53,324 bases of DNA from a virus (IMGVR_UViG_3300035670_000280:1-53324), one strand, 5' to 3'; shown: positions 17,012 through 25,838, counted from the stretch's first letter. Translations and numbers: made by a program. Notes: generated by a model from the sequence alone, not told the origin.

Positions 17012-17405
17012 CTACCTCTCGCTGCGCATAAGCGCCGTCAGCGCTCGGTGCAAATTTGGCGCCATGATCCAAGACTGGTACCGCTGCAACGGTTGGCAAC
17101 GCTGGACACTTGCGTCCTGGGCTGAATCGGCAGGCTTCTATGCCATTCCTTATGGCCGGATGCCTGACATCTTCGGCGGCACTGCCGGGGAGCTATCCCG
17201 GCAAGACTTTGAGGCCCTCGGTGAAGCGAACCGCCGGCTTGCCGCTAGGGACTACGGCACCTTCGCTAACTACCGGGATGCGCAGGCCATCAGCAATGCC
17301 GTGCCACTGCTCCATGAGAGCGGCGCCCCCTGGACTGCTTCTGATTTCTGGGCCTGCTATTGCGGGCTGCTTGCACCTACTCGCCCCATGACTCGCCATG
17401 ACTGA
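17001..17405 (+). CDS. Hypothetical protein
   Basis: Translationally coupled on both sides. Confidence 0.65.
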   Translation: MMTDYLSLRISAVSARCKFGAMIQDWYRCNGWQRWTLASWAESAGFYAIPYGRMPDIFGGTAGELSRQDFEALGEANRRLAARDYGTFANYRDAQAISNAVPLLHESGAPWTASDFWACYCGLLAPTRPMTRHD

Positions 17406-18015
17406 CTACCGCGCCCTGTGCGCCCGCATGGCTGACGAGCTGGATCATTACCACCAGCTCCTGATGGATGATCGCCGCGAGACTCATGCGTTGGCGGCTG
17501 AAGCCCGCGCCTCCCTGGCCCAACCCGAGCCGCAAGGGCCGACCGACGCGGAGCTACACCAGCTGTGGCAAAACCTCTACGCCTTTCACGACGGCCCCAC
17601 CAGCGGCGATGTTGCGGAAATCTCCCGAACTGCTCTGCAGCGCTGGGGCAACCTTGCTACTAAGCCAGATGGACCGGCTGTGCCTCATGGCAGGGAACCG
17701 GCCTCTGTCACTCACCAGCCTACCGATAAAGAGCTACACCGGCTAATGCACAGTTTTGTATTAGGCGGTGAATCACCAGAGTACTTCAGCTTTGATCACT
17801 GTGGCTTCGCCCGCGCTGCCTTAGCCCGCTGGGGCAGCCCCGCCATCGAGCCGGTGTCCGTCTCCGAGCGACTGCCGGGAGCTCAGCTCTGCTGGTGGTT
17901 TGAGGCGGACGAAGACGGAGGCTATGGCAGCAACTGGACCTTGCTGCGCATTCGTGGCAGCGCCACTGGCTACACCCACTGGCTCCCCCACCACGCGCTG
18001 CCGGTGCCGCAGTAA
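17398..18015 (+). CDS. Hypothetical mosaic protein (C-terminal THWLP motif)
   Basis: MTDYRALC, two PTD.EL units, VSERLP...THWLP. Confidence 0.7.
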   Translation: MTDYRALCARMADELDHYHQLLMDDRRETHALAAEARASLAQPEPQGPTDAELHQLWQNLYAFHDGPTSGDVAEISRTALQRWGNLATKPDGPAVPHGREPASVTHQPTDKELHRLMHSFVLGGESPEYFSFDHCGFARAALARWGSPAIEPVSVSERLPGAQLCWWFEADEDGGYGSNWTLLRIRGSATGYTHWLPHHALPVPQ

Positions 18016-18057
18016 GTCTTTGTACCTCGCACCAAACCACACGTACCCACACTTCCT

Positions 18058-18705
18058 ATGACTACAGCGCGACTTATCTGGATTACACCAGATGCCGAAA
18101 ACATGATCACATATACCGCCCGCGTTTCTAATCCCAGAAATCAAGCCAATACGGACACAGCCCCTCGCCTACTTAGATATTGCCTAGAGCATGGACACGT
18201 ATCTATTTTTGAGATGGCGAACATGTGTATAGAGATCGAAACAACAAGGGCTATCTCCGCACAAATACTTAGACATAGATCTTTTTCTTTTCAGGAGTAT
18301 AGCCAAAGGTACGCCAGTACAGAAGCCCTAGGTGCTGCTAAAGTGCCAGAGCTGCGTAGACAGGACACCAAAAATAGGCAAAATTCGATTGACGATTTAA
18401 GCGATGAAGTTCATGAGATGTACACTAATAGAATTGAAAACCTTTTCGCGGAAGCCGAGCATCTGTATGAGTGTATGGTGCAGGATGGAGTTGCTAAAGA
18501 GTGTGCGCGTAATGTTCTGCCGCTAGCAACGCCTACACGGCTATACATGAACGGTACAATTAGGTCGTGGATCCATTATCTACAGGTCCGTACAAGCGCT
18601 GGAACACAGCTCGAACACAAAAACCTAGCGCTCCAGATTCAGCGCATCTTCACTGAGCGGCTGCCTACCATAGCTGAGGCGGCCTTCCCCTCGGCTGCAC
18701 CGTAG
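18058..18705 (+). CDS. thyX: Flavin-dependent thymidylate synthase
   Basis: GHVSIFE, QILRHRSFSFQEYSQRY signature, KECARNVLP. Confidence 0.97.
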   Translation: MTTARLIWITPDAENMITYTARVSNPRNQANTDTAPRLLRYCLEHGHVSIFEMANMCIEIETTRAISAQILRHRSFSFQEYSQRYASTEALGAAKVPELRRQDTKNRQNSIDDLSDEVHEMYTNRIENLFAEAEHLYECMVQDGVAKECARNVLPLATPTRLYMNGTIRSWIHYLQVRTSAGTQLEHKNLALQIQRIFTERLPTIAEAAFPSAAP

Positions 18706-18759
18706 GTAAGCACTCGCCTGCTTATCGACACTCATGCACTATCTGTCTCCATACCGCTT

Positions 18760-18915
18760 ATGAACGCCGATTGCAACCCTGTAGAGCAGCAGCTTAGGCA
18801 GGATCATCTTGACCGTCTGTACGAGGAGGATGGTCGCCACGACCCTGCCCATCCATTCCATGCCGTGTACACCGGCCTTGTTTATAAACCCGACGAAGCT
18901 CCTCGCCGTGCGTAA
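18760..18915 (+). CDS. Small cyanophage-type protein (51 aa, RQDHLDRLYEEDGR..HPFH..YTGL)
   Basis: Hand-translated; overlaps the next GTG start. Confidence 0.65.
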   Translation: MNADCNPVEQQLRQDHLDRLYEEDGRHDPAHPFHAVYTGLVYKPDEAPRRA

Positions 18916-19132
18916 ACGAGACCGCTTAGCGCTGAGTGCACACCAGTCCGTCGAGACTGGAATCGACCGCGCAGGCCGCTACTGGATCGCCTACAAAGGC
19001 GACTCCAGTATGTTCACGCGGCATGAATACGAATTGCAACGGTTTTTCAAGGGCATCCGGGATGCAGCAACACGCGCTGCCTTGGATTCGTGGCTTGTAA
19101 GTCTTGTTGCAATGGACAGGGAAACGCTCTAA
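18908..19132 (+). CDS. Hypothetical protein
   Basis: GTG start MRKRDRL...VETG..GRYWIAY. Confidence 0.6.
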   Translation: MRKRDRLALSAHQSVETGIDRAGRYWIAYKGDSSMFTRHEYELQRFFKGIRDAATRAALDSWLVSLVAMDRETL

Positions 19133-19135
19133 GCA

Positions 19136-19164
19136 TTGCCTTTACGCCTGGTAAGTGCTATTGT
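19136..19164 (+). promoter_or_regulatory. Sigma70-type promoter TTGCCT-N17-(TG)-TATTGT
   Basis: Extended -10 upstream of 19201. Confidence 0.45.
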
Positions 19165-19200
19165 ACCGCTGCTACAAAACATCACACAACTCAACTCCTT

Positions 19201-19422
19201 ATGAAATGTCCTGATTGTGGATGCCACCGCGTTGAGGTGGTAGTCACTACTTACAGTACCGATGAGCAGATTGTACGGAGGCGTCACTGCTTTGCGTGCG
19301 ACGCCAGGTGGTACACTCTGCAGGCCCAGGAGGTACTGCTTGACAAAAAAGATTTCACGTGGATAGAGCGTGTAGGAGGCCGGAAAGCCGTAAAACTGCA
19401 CACCAACGAGACCCTCGCTTAG
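19201..19422 (+). CDS. NrdR-like N-terminal zinc-ribbon protein (no ATP cone)
   Basis: MKCPDCG...IVRRRHCFACDARWYT. Confidence 0.75.
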   Translation: MKCPDCGCHRVEVVVTTYSTDEQIVRRRHCFACDARWYTLQAQEVLLDKKDFTWIERVGGRKAVKLHTNETLA

Positions 19423-19433
19423 TTACCTATCCC

Positions 19434-20324
19434 ATGTCCTACTCTGTTGATTCTTTTAAGTCCTATCTAACTGAAATAGCAAGATACCCTCTGCTTACGG
19501 TCGAGCAGGAGATCCAACTTTCACGACAAGTCGAAGCAGGTAGGCAGCTCAGTGGTAAGGAGGAGCTGAGTTCGGCTGAGCGGCGTACTGCACGCACTGC
19601 TGAAAGGGCTAAGCATAAGCTCATTAATTGCAACTTACGCTTAGTGGTAAGTGTGGCCAAACAATACACACGCCGTCTTAATGGCAGCAGCATGGAGCTT
19701 ATGGACCTCATCCAAGAGGGGGCTTTAGGGCTGCATAGGGCTGTAGAGCTATTTGATGGAGCTAAAGGCTATAAGTTTTCTACCTATGCTTATTGGTGGA
19801 TAAAACAAGCAATTACACGCGGGATTGATACCAAGGAGCGGCTTATTCGCGTTCCGCAGCACGGATTAGATACTGTTTATAGGGTGGTTAGGTTCCAGAA
19901 AGATTACATGCAGAGGCATGGACGGATGCCTACGCTACAGGTAATGGCAGAGGAAAACGATGTTAATCCTGAGTATTTAGAAATGCTTATGTCGCGTAAT
20001 TCGTGGCACAGGAGCTTGGACGCATTGGCGGTTGAAGACGGTGCTCCGATTATGGATTTGATACCGGATATAAGCGGTCTAGATGCCCAACAGGATCTTT
20101 TAGAAAAAGAAGAAAAGCAGGTAATGCTCAGCCTAGCGCTTGACTGCTTAAATGAAGCAGAACTTGACATGATCACTAAGCGGTATGGGCTTAAGGGCAG
20201 TCCCCCGATGTCATTATCCGGGATTGCAGCGGAAGCTGGTATTACCCGCGAAAGTATCCGCCAGCGCTTACTGCAAGCACACACAAAAATGCGCTTAAAA
20301 CTTAACACTGCACGTTACGTTTGA
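19434..20324 (+). CDS. RNA polymerase sigma70 factor, RpoD/group-2-like
   Basis: YLTEIARYPLLT.EQE, NLRLVVSVAK, DLIQEG..GL.RAVE.FD..KGYKFSTYAYWWIKQAITR, TRESIRQ. Confidence 0.93.
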   Translation: MSYSVDSFKSYLTEIARYPLLTVEQEIQLSRQVEAGRQLSGKEELSSAERRTARTAERAKHKLINCNLRLVVSVAKQYTRRLNGSSMELMDLIQEGALGLHRAVELFDGAKGYKFSTYAYWWIKQAITRGIDTKERLIRVPQHGLDTVYRVVRFQKDYMQRHGRMPTLQVMAEENDVNPEYLEMLMSRNSWHRSLDALAVEDGAPIMDLIPDISGLDAQQDLLEKEEKQVMLSLALDCLNEAELDMITKRYGLKGSPPMSLSGIAAEAGITRESIRQRLLQAHTKMRLKLNTARYV

Positions 20325-20327
20325 ACC

Positions 20328-20894
20328 ATGACTAAACAGCTTATTGGTCTCTATTCCCCCGCTCCCCAGTGCGGCAAAACTACAGTCAGTAGAGTGTTGG
20401 AAGGGAAGGGTTTTGTGCGCGTGCCTTTTGCTGAGGCGCTGAAACTGATGCTGCATCCTCTGTTAATGGAGCTGGGCTACACTCCTGCAGAGGCTACACA
20501 TCTGCTCTATGTCGCCAAGGAAGAGCGCCTCAGCTGCCTAGATGTCACGTCACGCCATCTACTTCAGACCTTAGGGACGGAGTGGGGAAGGCAGTGTGTG
20601 CATCCAGATATGTGGTTGCGGGTATGGGAGGTACGTGCAAGACGCTACGAGAGGGTTGTTGTCGATGATGTGCGCTTTGTCAACGAGGCAGAGCTTGTCC
20701 GCAGCCTGGGCGGTGAGCTTTGGAGGATTGATAGGCCTGGTACTGTGAATACAAGCACGCACGCATCGGAAGGAGGCCTGGATGCGTGTGATTATTTCTC
20801 CCAGTATATTTGTAACGATGGATCGCTAGACCAGCTTACTAATGCCGTCACTTCGCTACCACTCTGGGAAGATGGTACTAATCCCTCAGGATGA
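20328..20894 (+). CDS. Deoxynucleoside monophosphate kinase
   Basis: P-loop PQCGKTT, FAEALK, RHLLQTLGTEWGR, DDVRFVNE, HASE. Confidence 0.9.
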   Translation: MTKQLIGLYSPAPQCGKTTVSRVLEGKGFVRVPFAEALKLMLHPLLMELGYTPAEATHLLYVAKEERLSCLDVTSRHLLQTLGTEWGRQCVHPDMWLRVWEVRARRYERVVVDDVRFVNEAELVRSLGGELWRIDRPGTVNTSTHASEGGLDACDYFSQYICNDGSLDQLTNAVTSLPLWEDGTNPSG

Positions 20895-21153
20895 GGGGTG
20901 GTTATTGCGCTTAAAAACTAAGCAAGGACTTATTGAACTGCCACTTCTTAGCGAGAGCTTAGAGGTGGCATTGATGGAAGCTGAGCAGCTCTATGCGGAT
21001 GCGTGTGTAGCTGCTACTGGCAAGGTAAGGTGCCAGAAATGTGTGCATTGGGATTTTGTGGCCGGTGCCTGTAGCTTGGGCTTTCCCGAAGGCAAACGCA
21101 GCGGCGGCAAGCACGCGCAAGACTGCGCAGCTTTTTGGTTAAGCACGCATTAA
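20842..21153 (+). CDS. Hypothetical protein with C-terminal Cys cluster
   Basis: CQKCVHW..C.LGFPE..CAAF. Confidence 0.6.
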   Translation: MPSLRYHSGKMVLIPQDEGWLLRLKTKQGLIELPLLSESLEVALMEAEQLYADACVAATGKVRCQKCVHWDFVAGACSLGFPEGKRSGGKHAQDCAAFWLSTH

Positions 21154-21464
21154 GATGCAGGCTTATACTTGTCTAACAGCTCCTTAGCCCACTCATAATG
21201 TTGCTGCTTAGGTTTCGTAGAACTTACTGTGGATCCACTTAGTGCTAACTCGACTTCTAAACATCGTACACGTCGAAGTAGGCTGTCAATTAAAGTGCTG
21301 TGTGTGTACCAGTCTTGAATTAGCTTATCGGCAAGCTCTGAAAGCTGCAAGCGGGGAAGGGAGGCGGCGGCGCGGCGATCTAGCTCTTGCCGTAGCTGTG
21401 TAGCCAAGTCGAGCTGAGGTACAAACCACGGCTTAGGTTTATCAGCTTCCGAGGCAGTAGCCAT
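21150..21464 (-). CDS. Hypothetical protein
   Basis: Coiled-coil-like ORF converging on the plus-strand operon. Confidence 0.6.
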   Translation of the reverse strand: MATASEADKPKPWFVPQLDLATQLRQELDRRAAASLPRLQLSELADKLIQDWYTHSTLIDSLLRRVRCLEVELALSGSTVSSTKPKQQHYEWAKELLDKYKPAS

Positions 21465-21506
21465 ATAAGCGCTTAGATTGTTATTGATACAGCTTAGCAT
21501 AGTTCT

Positions 21507-21692
21507 ATGGAGTCGCCACGTCTAAGCTCTAGTGCGGGGCAGTCCGCGAGTATATGGGTCGTGTCTTATGCAGGTATGGAATGGGTGTTTGTGGAAGACT
21601 GGAGAGCCCTAGAGCTATTCAATAACATACTCAACCGTCCAACCAGCCCTGAATTCTTACTACGCGATCTAAGGTATATGAAGGCTGCTTAG
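21507..21692 (+). CDS. Small hypothetical protein
   Basis: WVVSYAGMEWVF.EDWRA motif; overlaps the HNH 3' end. Confidence 0.45.
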   Translation: MESPRLSSSAGQSASIWVVSYAGMEWVFVEDWRALELFNNILNRPTSPEFLLRDLRYMKAA

Positions 21693-21930
21693 CGTACCAA
21701 GACAGCCATTCTTCGCTGCCTTTTTTGCGGTTGCAATCGCGGCAAGCTGGTACAAGATTATTCGTTACTGTGGCACCTCCCTTATGGCGAGGTTTTACGT
21801 GGTCGAGAGTGTCAGCAGGGGAAGCGCAGTAGGCGCACACGTGTTGCCATGCGGTGAAGATTTGCTGCCTAAAGCGGTGCTTGGCACTTCTTTTGGGGAT
21901 GAGAGAAGAGCCATCAATCTCGTGGTCCAC
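21631..21930 (-). CDS. HNH endonuclease (McrA-like, zinc-binding)
   Basis: CAYC..TLDHVKPRHKGG..NLVPACRDCNRKKG. Confidence 0.92.
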   Translation of the reverse strand: MDHEIDGSSLIPKRSAKHRFRQQIFTAWQHVCAYCASPADTLDHVKPRHKGGATVTNNLVPACRDCNRKKGSEEWLSWYAKQPSYTLDRVVRIQGWLDG

Positions 21931-22096
21931 GCAGCTCAGGGATAGGGAGTGTCTGGACCGAAAGGCCCAGGATGTGATCGTCCGATGCAGCTAATTCAGT
22001 GAGACGAGAAATGAAATTGTCGCTGACGTGCTCGGGGTCGTTACCACAGCTCTCTACAACAACGGTGTACTCGATTTCAAGGACGTATTGTTTCAT
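21914..22096 (-). CDS. Small hypothetical protein
   Basis: MKQYVLEIEY start overlaps the phosphoesterase stop. Confidence 0.6.
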   Translation of the reverse strand: MKQYVLEIEYTVVVESCGNDPEHVSDNFISRLTELAASDDHILGLSVQTLPIPELRGPRD

Positions 22097-22944
22097 ACGG
22101 TTGGGGCGCAGGTGATCTCGACGCCGCCTCGGTAGCGTGGCTTCAGTGTAAGCCAGATACCGCCAAGTGATTTTGGCATCACGATGCGTTCGACCGCCCA
22201 GCCACCCGTTCCACCGAACTCCTCCTTGTAGGTTCCGCACTGCAGATGCCAGCGCTGCTCAACCCAGGCTTTCCCTGTGACATCAACGCGATAGCAGGAG
22301 TGGGCTACCATGCTCCGCTCGTGGTTGTGCCCATTGACGATCAGATCTGCGTCGGGAGCGATTGCGGCATAGCGACCTCCGCCCATGGTGCCCTTCGTGA
22401 TAATTCCGCCCCAAGCACCGTGATGGAAAAACAACATACACCGTCTAACTTTAGCGTTATTATTAGTAAACATAAACCTTACCCAGCCTTGGTAGCCCAT
22501 GTGCTCAATAGAGCTACCGTTATTGCGCATGGTACGCACGACGTTTTCTAGGGGGTCTATTTCTTGGTTATTTAGGACTGCGGTTTCGTGGTTTCCATCG
22601 CCTGCCATCAGGATGATGTCTTGCCAGGGCTTAAGAAAATCTGCTGCTTCGTTGAAGACCAGATCGAAGTAGTTTCCGCCCATGTGCTCGGGCCGCACGT
22701 CTCCCTTACCGCCGCGACGATCTTTTTTGCCCTGCATAAGGCATAGAATATCGCCAAACATAAGTACGTGGCCTTTGCGCTCTCTGCACTCGTCTAAATG
22801 CTTAGTGAGTAGTTTGCGGTTGCACTTAGGGTTATCTAAGTGGATGTCGCTAAGCAGGAGAAAAGTGGAGGAGTCGTTGAAGGATGTATAGGGTATGCGT
22901 AGCTCCAGTAGCTCAGGCGTTTTTCTAGATGTAGTTAAAGCCAT
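22093..22944 (-). CDS. Calcineurin-like metallophosphoesterase
   Basis: SDIH, GD, GNHE, HHG, GHNH motifs. Confidence 0.88.
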   Translation of the reverse strand: MALTTSRKTPELLELRIPYTSFNDSSTFLLLSDIHLDNPKCNRKLLTKHLDECRERKGHVLMFGDILCLMQGKKDRRGGKGDVRPEHMGGNYFDLVFNEAADFLKPWQDIILMAGDGNHETAVLNNQEIDPLENVVRTMRNNGSSIEHMGYQGWVRFMFTNNNAKVRRCMLFFHHGAWGGIITKGTMGGGRYAAIAPDADLIVNGHNHERSMVAHSCYRVDVTGKAWVEQRWHLQCGTYKEEFGGTGGWAVERIVMPKSLGGIWLTLKPRYRGGVEITCAPTV

Positions 22945-22970
22945 GAGTATCTGGTACAGATACGCTTAGT

Positions 22971-24155
22971 CTAGTTTTGACGGCTTACAAGCAATGCCCA
23001 GCCTGTGCCGGGGCCGTCCACTTCCCACCGACGTAGCCAATTTTTACGGCTATAGGCGATCCCATTACCTTTAGTATTATTCACATAACCGCCGTTTATT
23101 ATATCCGCTTCGCCGTTTGGGTCGTTGTGGATGAAAGCAGATAGTGTGCTACCGATGATGACGCTCCAATGGCCTCCACCTGTGGGCGCGGTCACTGGTC
23201 CTTTATGAAGCCAGCCAACCATGACGGGGCGCCCTGCCTGTAACTCGGCATCAATAAGCGCGGCTTTTGCATTTGTAACTAGGCGAGCGGACAAACCTAG
23301 GCTTTGTAGTGCCTTGATTTGCGCTTGTGCATCGGTTGTATCACCAAACTTAGCGCGGATCTTATTGTAGGCATCATCTCCAATAACCTTACCGTAAAAA
23401 GCGGCTACCATAGCTGCGCTACTGCTAAAGCACTCTCTATAGCCTGTGCCGCTGGTATTATCGTTCTGTGCGTAGTAAGGTACACGCAATAGAACATCTG
23501 TACTAGGGGTTTGTTGCGTGCTTAGACCGGAGCGCCATAGGTCCGCCTCTGCTTTTCTACGGCGAAGTAGGCCGGCTTCTACGTCTGTGCCTGGATTACG
23601 GTATAGGAGCAAGGCATCGGGCACAGAGGACCAGTCTTTAGCTTTAAGTTTGGCACTAAGCGTTTCAAAGCCTGCACTACCGTAGAAATTATCGCCCAAG
23701 TTGTAAGCAAAACTTACAAGTGCCGACTTCTGCTTATCGCCCATTTCGGGCCAATAGGGGACGGTAGAGCGTAGGCGTTCGGCTATACGGTCCACCTCAA
23801 GACGGAGCAACATATCCGCTTCGATAACGTTAATCTTATCGCCGCGTTTTACAGGTGTATTACCATTATAGCGTGTTGTGCCGTAGCCGATCGTCCAAGG
23901 AGCGTCGCCCGTGAGTGGATCGGGGTAGGCGCTGAGTCTGCAGCCTTCAAAAGATTTGATGAGCTGTATGGAGGTAGATAGGTCAGCCTGCTTACCGGCC
24001 ACACTCCAGGTTTTGAACCACGTCTGCGAACGATCTAGCAGCGTAGGTGCGTGTTTGAGTAGGGCCTCTTCCAGCTCACCTACTGCGGCGATTTGATGGG
24101 GTAAGCCCTTGTAATAACGGAACAGATCAATTAGGCGCAGGCGTTGTGTAGACAT
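22971..24155 (-). CDS. Endolysin: GH24 lysozyme plus C-terminal C39-like peptidase
   Basis: FEGCRLSAYPD..WTIGYGT, SFAYNLG, GLLRRR; VPYYAQ..CFSSS..GHW..HNDP. Confidence 0.88.
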   Translation of the reverse strand: MSTQRLRLIDLFRYYKGLPHQIAAVGELEEALLKHAPTLLDRSQTWFKTWSVAGKQADLSTSIQLIKSFEGCRLSAYPDPLTGDAPWTIGYGTTRYNGNTPVKRGDKINVIEADMLLRLEVDRIAERLRSTVPYWPEMGDKQKSALVSFAYNLGDNFYGSAGFETLSAKLKAKDWSSVPDALLLYRNPGTDVEAGLLRRRKAEADLWRSGLSTQQTPSTDVLLRVPYYAQNDNTSGTGYRECFSSSAAMVAAFYGKVIGDDAYNKIRAKFGDTTDAQAQIKALQSLGLSARLVTNAKAALIDAELQAGRPVMVGWLHKGPVTAPTGGGHWSVIIGSTLSAFIHNDPNGEADIINGGYVNNTKGNGIAYSRKNWLRRWEVDGPGTGWALLVSRQN

Positions 24156-24178
24156 TAGCTTCGACTTACCACTACGGC

Positions 24179-24364
24179 TTAGCGCTTGACGAGGGGGCTG
24201 ATCACGCCGGCCAGGATCTCAATAGCGCGATAGGCCTTTACGGCCAGGCGGGTGTAGGCGTCGAGGGCCTCATCATCACGCGGAGTTGGCGTAAGGTTCA
24301 CCACCACGACTGCAACGCCGTGAACGGCGACGGCCAGAGCCAGGTAGTCGGAGAGGTGGTCCAT
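24179..24364 (-). CDS. Putative holin
   Basis: Small hydrophobic protein with TPTPRDD motif, directly upstream of the endolysin. Confidence 0.55.
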   Translation of the reverse strand: MDHLSDYLALAVAVHGVAVVVVNLTPTPRDDEALDAYTRLAVKAYRAIEILAGVISPLVKR

Positions 24365-24367
24365 GGG

Positions 24368-24616
24368 TCAGCGGCCGGGGCGTGCTTCTAGCTTAGATAC
24401 CCGCTGTTCAACTGTTGAGAGGCGGCCGAAGGTTTCGCGGCGATCCTCTTTCATGTCTGTGTGTAGAACTTCTAGCTGAGCTGCTATGTGCTCTACTGCT
24501 GTGGTTAGTTTTATTACGGCGTCACGGGCTTCGTCGCTGCGTCTGCTAAAGCCCATGGCGCCCATCGCTGCGACTGAGATGGAGGCTCCCGCAATGGCGG
24601 CGATGACTTCGATCAT
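24368..24616 (-). CDS. Membrane-anchored coiled-coil protein (lysis cassette)
   Basis: N-terminal TM segment followed by a coiled coil. Confidence 0.6.
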   Translation of the reverse strand: MIEVIAAIAGASISVAAMGAMGFSRRSDEARDAVIKLTTAVEHIAAQLEVLHTDMKEDRRETFGRLSTVEQRVSKLEARPGR

Positions 24617-24680
24617 GAGCTTCGCGTTAGGGAAGCAGTCCTCCTAGGGGGCGGGTGGAGGACTGCATGGAGTTCACAGC

Positions 24681-24821
24681 CTAACGACCCTGCCCGCGTG
24701 ACTTCTTTTTGCCTACGCGGCGGGGTCTGCTGTGGAGGCCCTGGCCTTGGCTGGTTGTCTTGGGCGGTCCCTGTGTATGGCCGCTGCGGCCGAGGGATCC
24801 GGTCTTGGCTTTTACTGCCAC
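24681..24821 (-). CDS. Small basic protein (46 aa, ...PKTTSQG..KKKSRGQGR)
   Basis: Hand-translated from a GTG start; RGQGR C-terminus recalled from cyanophage small proteins. Confidence 0.65.
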   Translation of the reverse strand: MAVKAKTGSLGRSGHTQGPPKTTSQGQGLHSRPRRVGKKKSRGQGR

Positions 24822-25132
24822 GGCAGATCAGGCGAGATGATCGGCGGGTTAGCCAGCGCGGCCAGTTGGCCGGCGAGGTTCCGCTCAAGCTCCTCAACAT
24901 CCAGCTGAGCCTCAAGCCAAGCAATCACTTGGTCCTTGGTCAGTTCGGCGTAAGGGGTGAAGTTGTCAGGATCCACCTCGCCAACGCCGATGCTGCCGTA
25001 GCAGTCAGCGGTGTGCGTGCCATCCGTGGCCTGGTAGCGCCAGTGGACGGTTTTTACCACGTCCGCTAGGTTGTCCTCCTGGGGGGCGCAGTCCAGCTGG
25101 GCGATGACCCAGGTGTAGGTGATGTCAGGCAT
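24812..25132 (-). CDS. Tail-fibre-associated protein
   Basis: TWVIAQLD..VHW..FTPYAELT..VIAW..LPW pattern, downstream of the fibre gene. Confidence 0.7.
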   Translation of the reverse strand: MPDITYTWVIAQLDCAPQEDNLADVVKTVHWRYQATDGTHTADCYGSIGVGEVDPDNFTPYAELTKDQVIAWLEAQLDVEELERNLAGQLAALANPPIISPDLPWQ

Positions 25133-25316
25133 TGGCTTGCTCGGCTTCGGTTTCGGTCAGCTCGGCGTTAGCCGGCCGAGCTTCGGTGATCTCGACGCTT
25201 TCCAGGTAACCGACCAGCGTGGCGCCGGCGGACTGGATAAGGAGGGCGTTGCCGGTCGCTTTCGCGGTGGCATAGGCCTCGATTAGCTCCACGAGTTGTT
25301 GCTTGGATTCAGGCAT
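25125..25316 (-). CDS. Small hypothetical protein
   Basis: MPESKQQL...AKATGN; TATACT upstream. Confidence 0.6.
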   Translation of the reverse strand: MPESKQQLVELIEAYATAKATGNALLIQSAGATLVGYLESVEITEARPANAELTETEAEQANA

Positions 25317-25596
25317 TGATTGCGCTTGTAGCATCTGTAGTATAAGGCGATCGGCCCAGCAGCGCATCGGGCCACGTAGCTTTCAACTCGTCGGCTGTGG
25401 TGGCTGCGTCGATGCTGGGATCTGCGGGGGCGTCACGCAAGACCTGTTTCTGTGCAGCGATGGGTGCGGTGTTGGGTTCTGGGCGCTCCAGTTCACGCTG
25501 GAAGGCAGCGTCAAGCTGCTTGAAACGAGGTGTGCGAGCTGCACGGATATGGCTGCGGTGAATTTCCCGCGCCTTGTCCATGTTGATGCTGATCAT
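25309..25596 (-). CDS. Putative tail fibre assembly protein
   Basis: KAREIH..IRAAR..LD..KQVLRDAP..LKATWP. Confidence 0.65.
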   Translation of the reverse strand: MISINMDKAREIHRSHIRAARTPRFKQLDAAFQRELERPEPNTAPIAAQKQVLRDAPADPSIDAATTADELKATWPDALLGRSPYTTDATSAINA

Positions 25597-25835
25597 TGGG
25601 GGGTCTCCTGTTGAGCAAACCAAGCAACGGCTCCGATGCCATAGCCATCCGGGTCCGTGAAATCAGCGTCCCAAGCGGCCCGGAAGTCACGGTCTTGGGG
25701 CAGGTCGTCGGAGTCGATGAAGCGGTAGGGCGTGCCGGCGGGCACGTCCTTAGCGGCTACGTCTTCAATGGACAGCTCGCCCGTGGGGATGATGACAGCA
25801 ATGCCGTCAGCGGTGGGGTAGATAATGCGGGTCAT
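25593..25835 (-). CDS. Putative tail fibre assembly protein
   Basis: KDVPAG.PY..DLPQDRDFRAAW. Confidence 0.65.
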   Translation of the reverse strand: MTRIIYPTADGIAVIIPTGELSIEDVAAKDVPAGTPYRFIDSDDLPQDRDFRAAWDADFTDPDGYGIGAVAWFAQQETPQ

Positions 25836-25838
25836 TGT

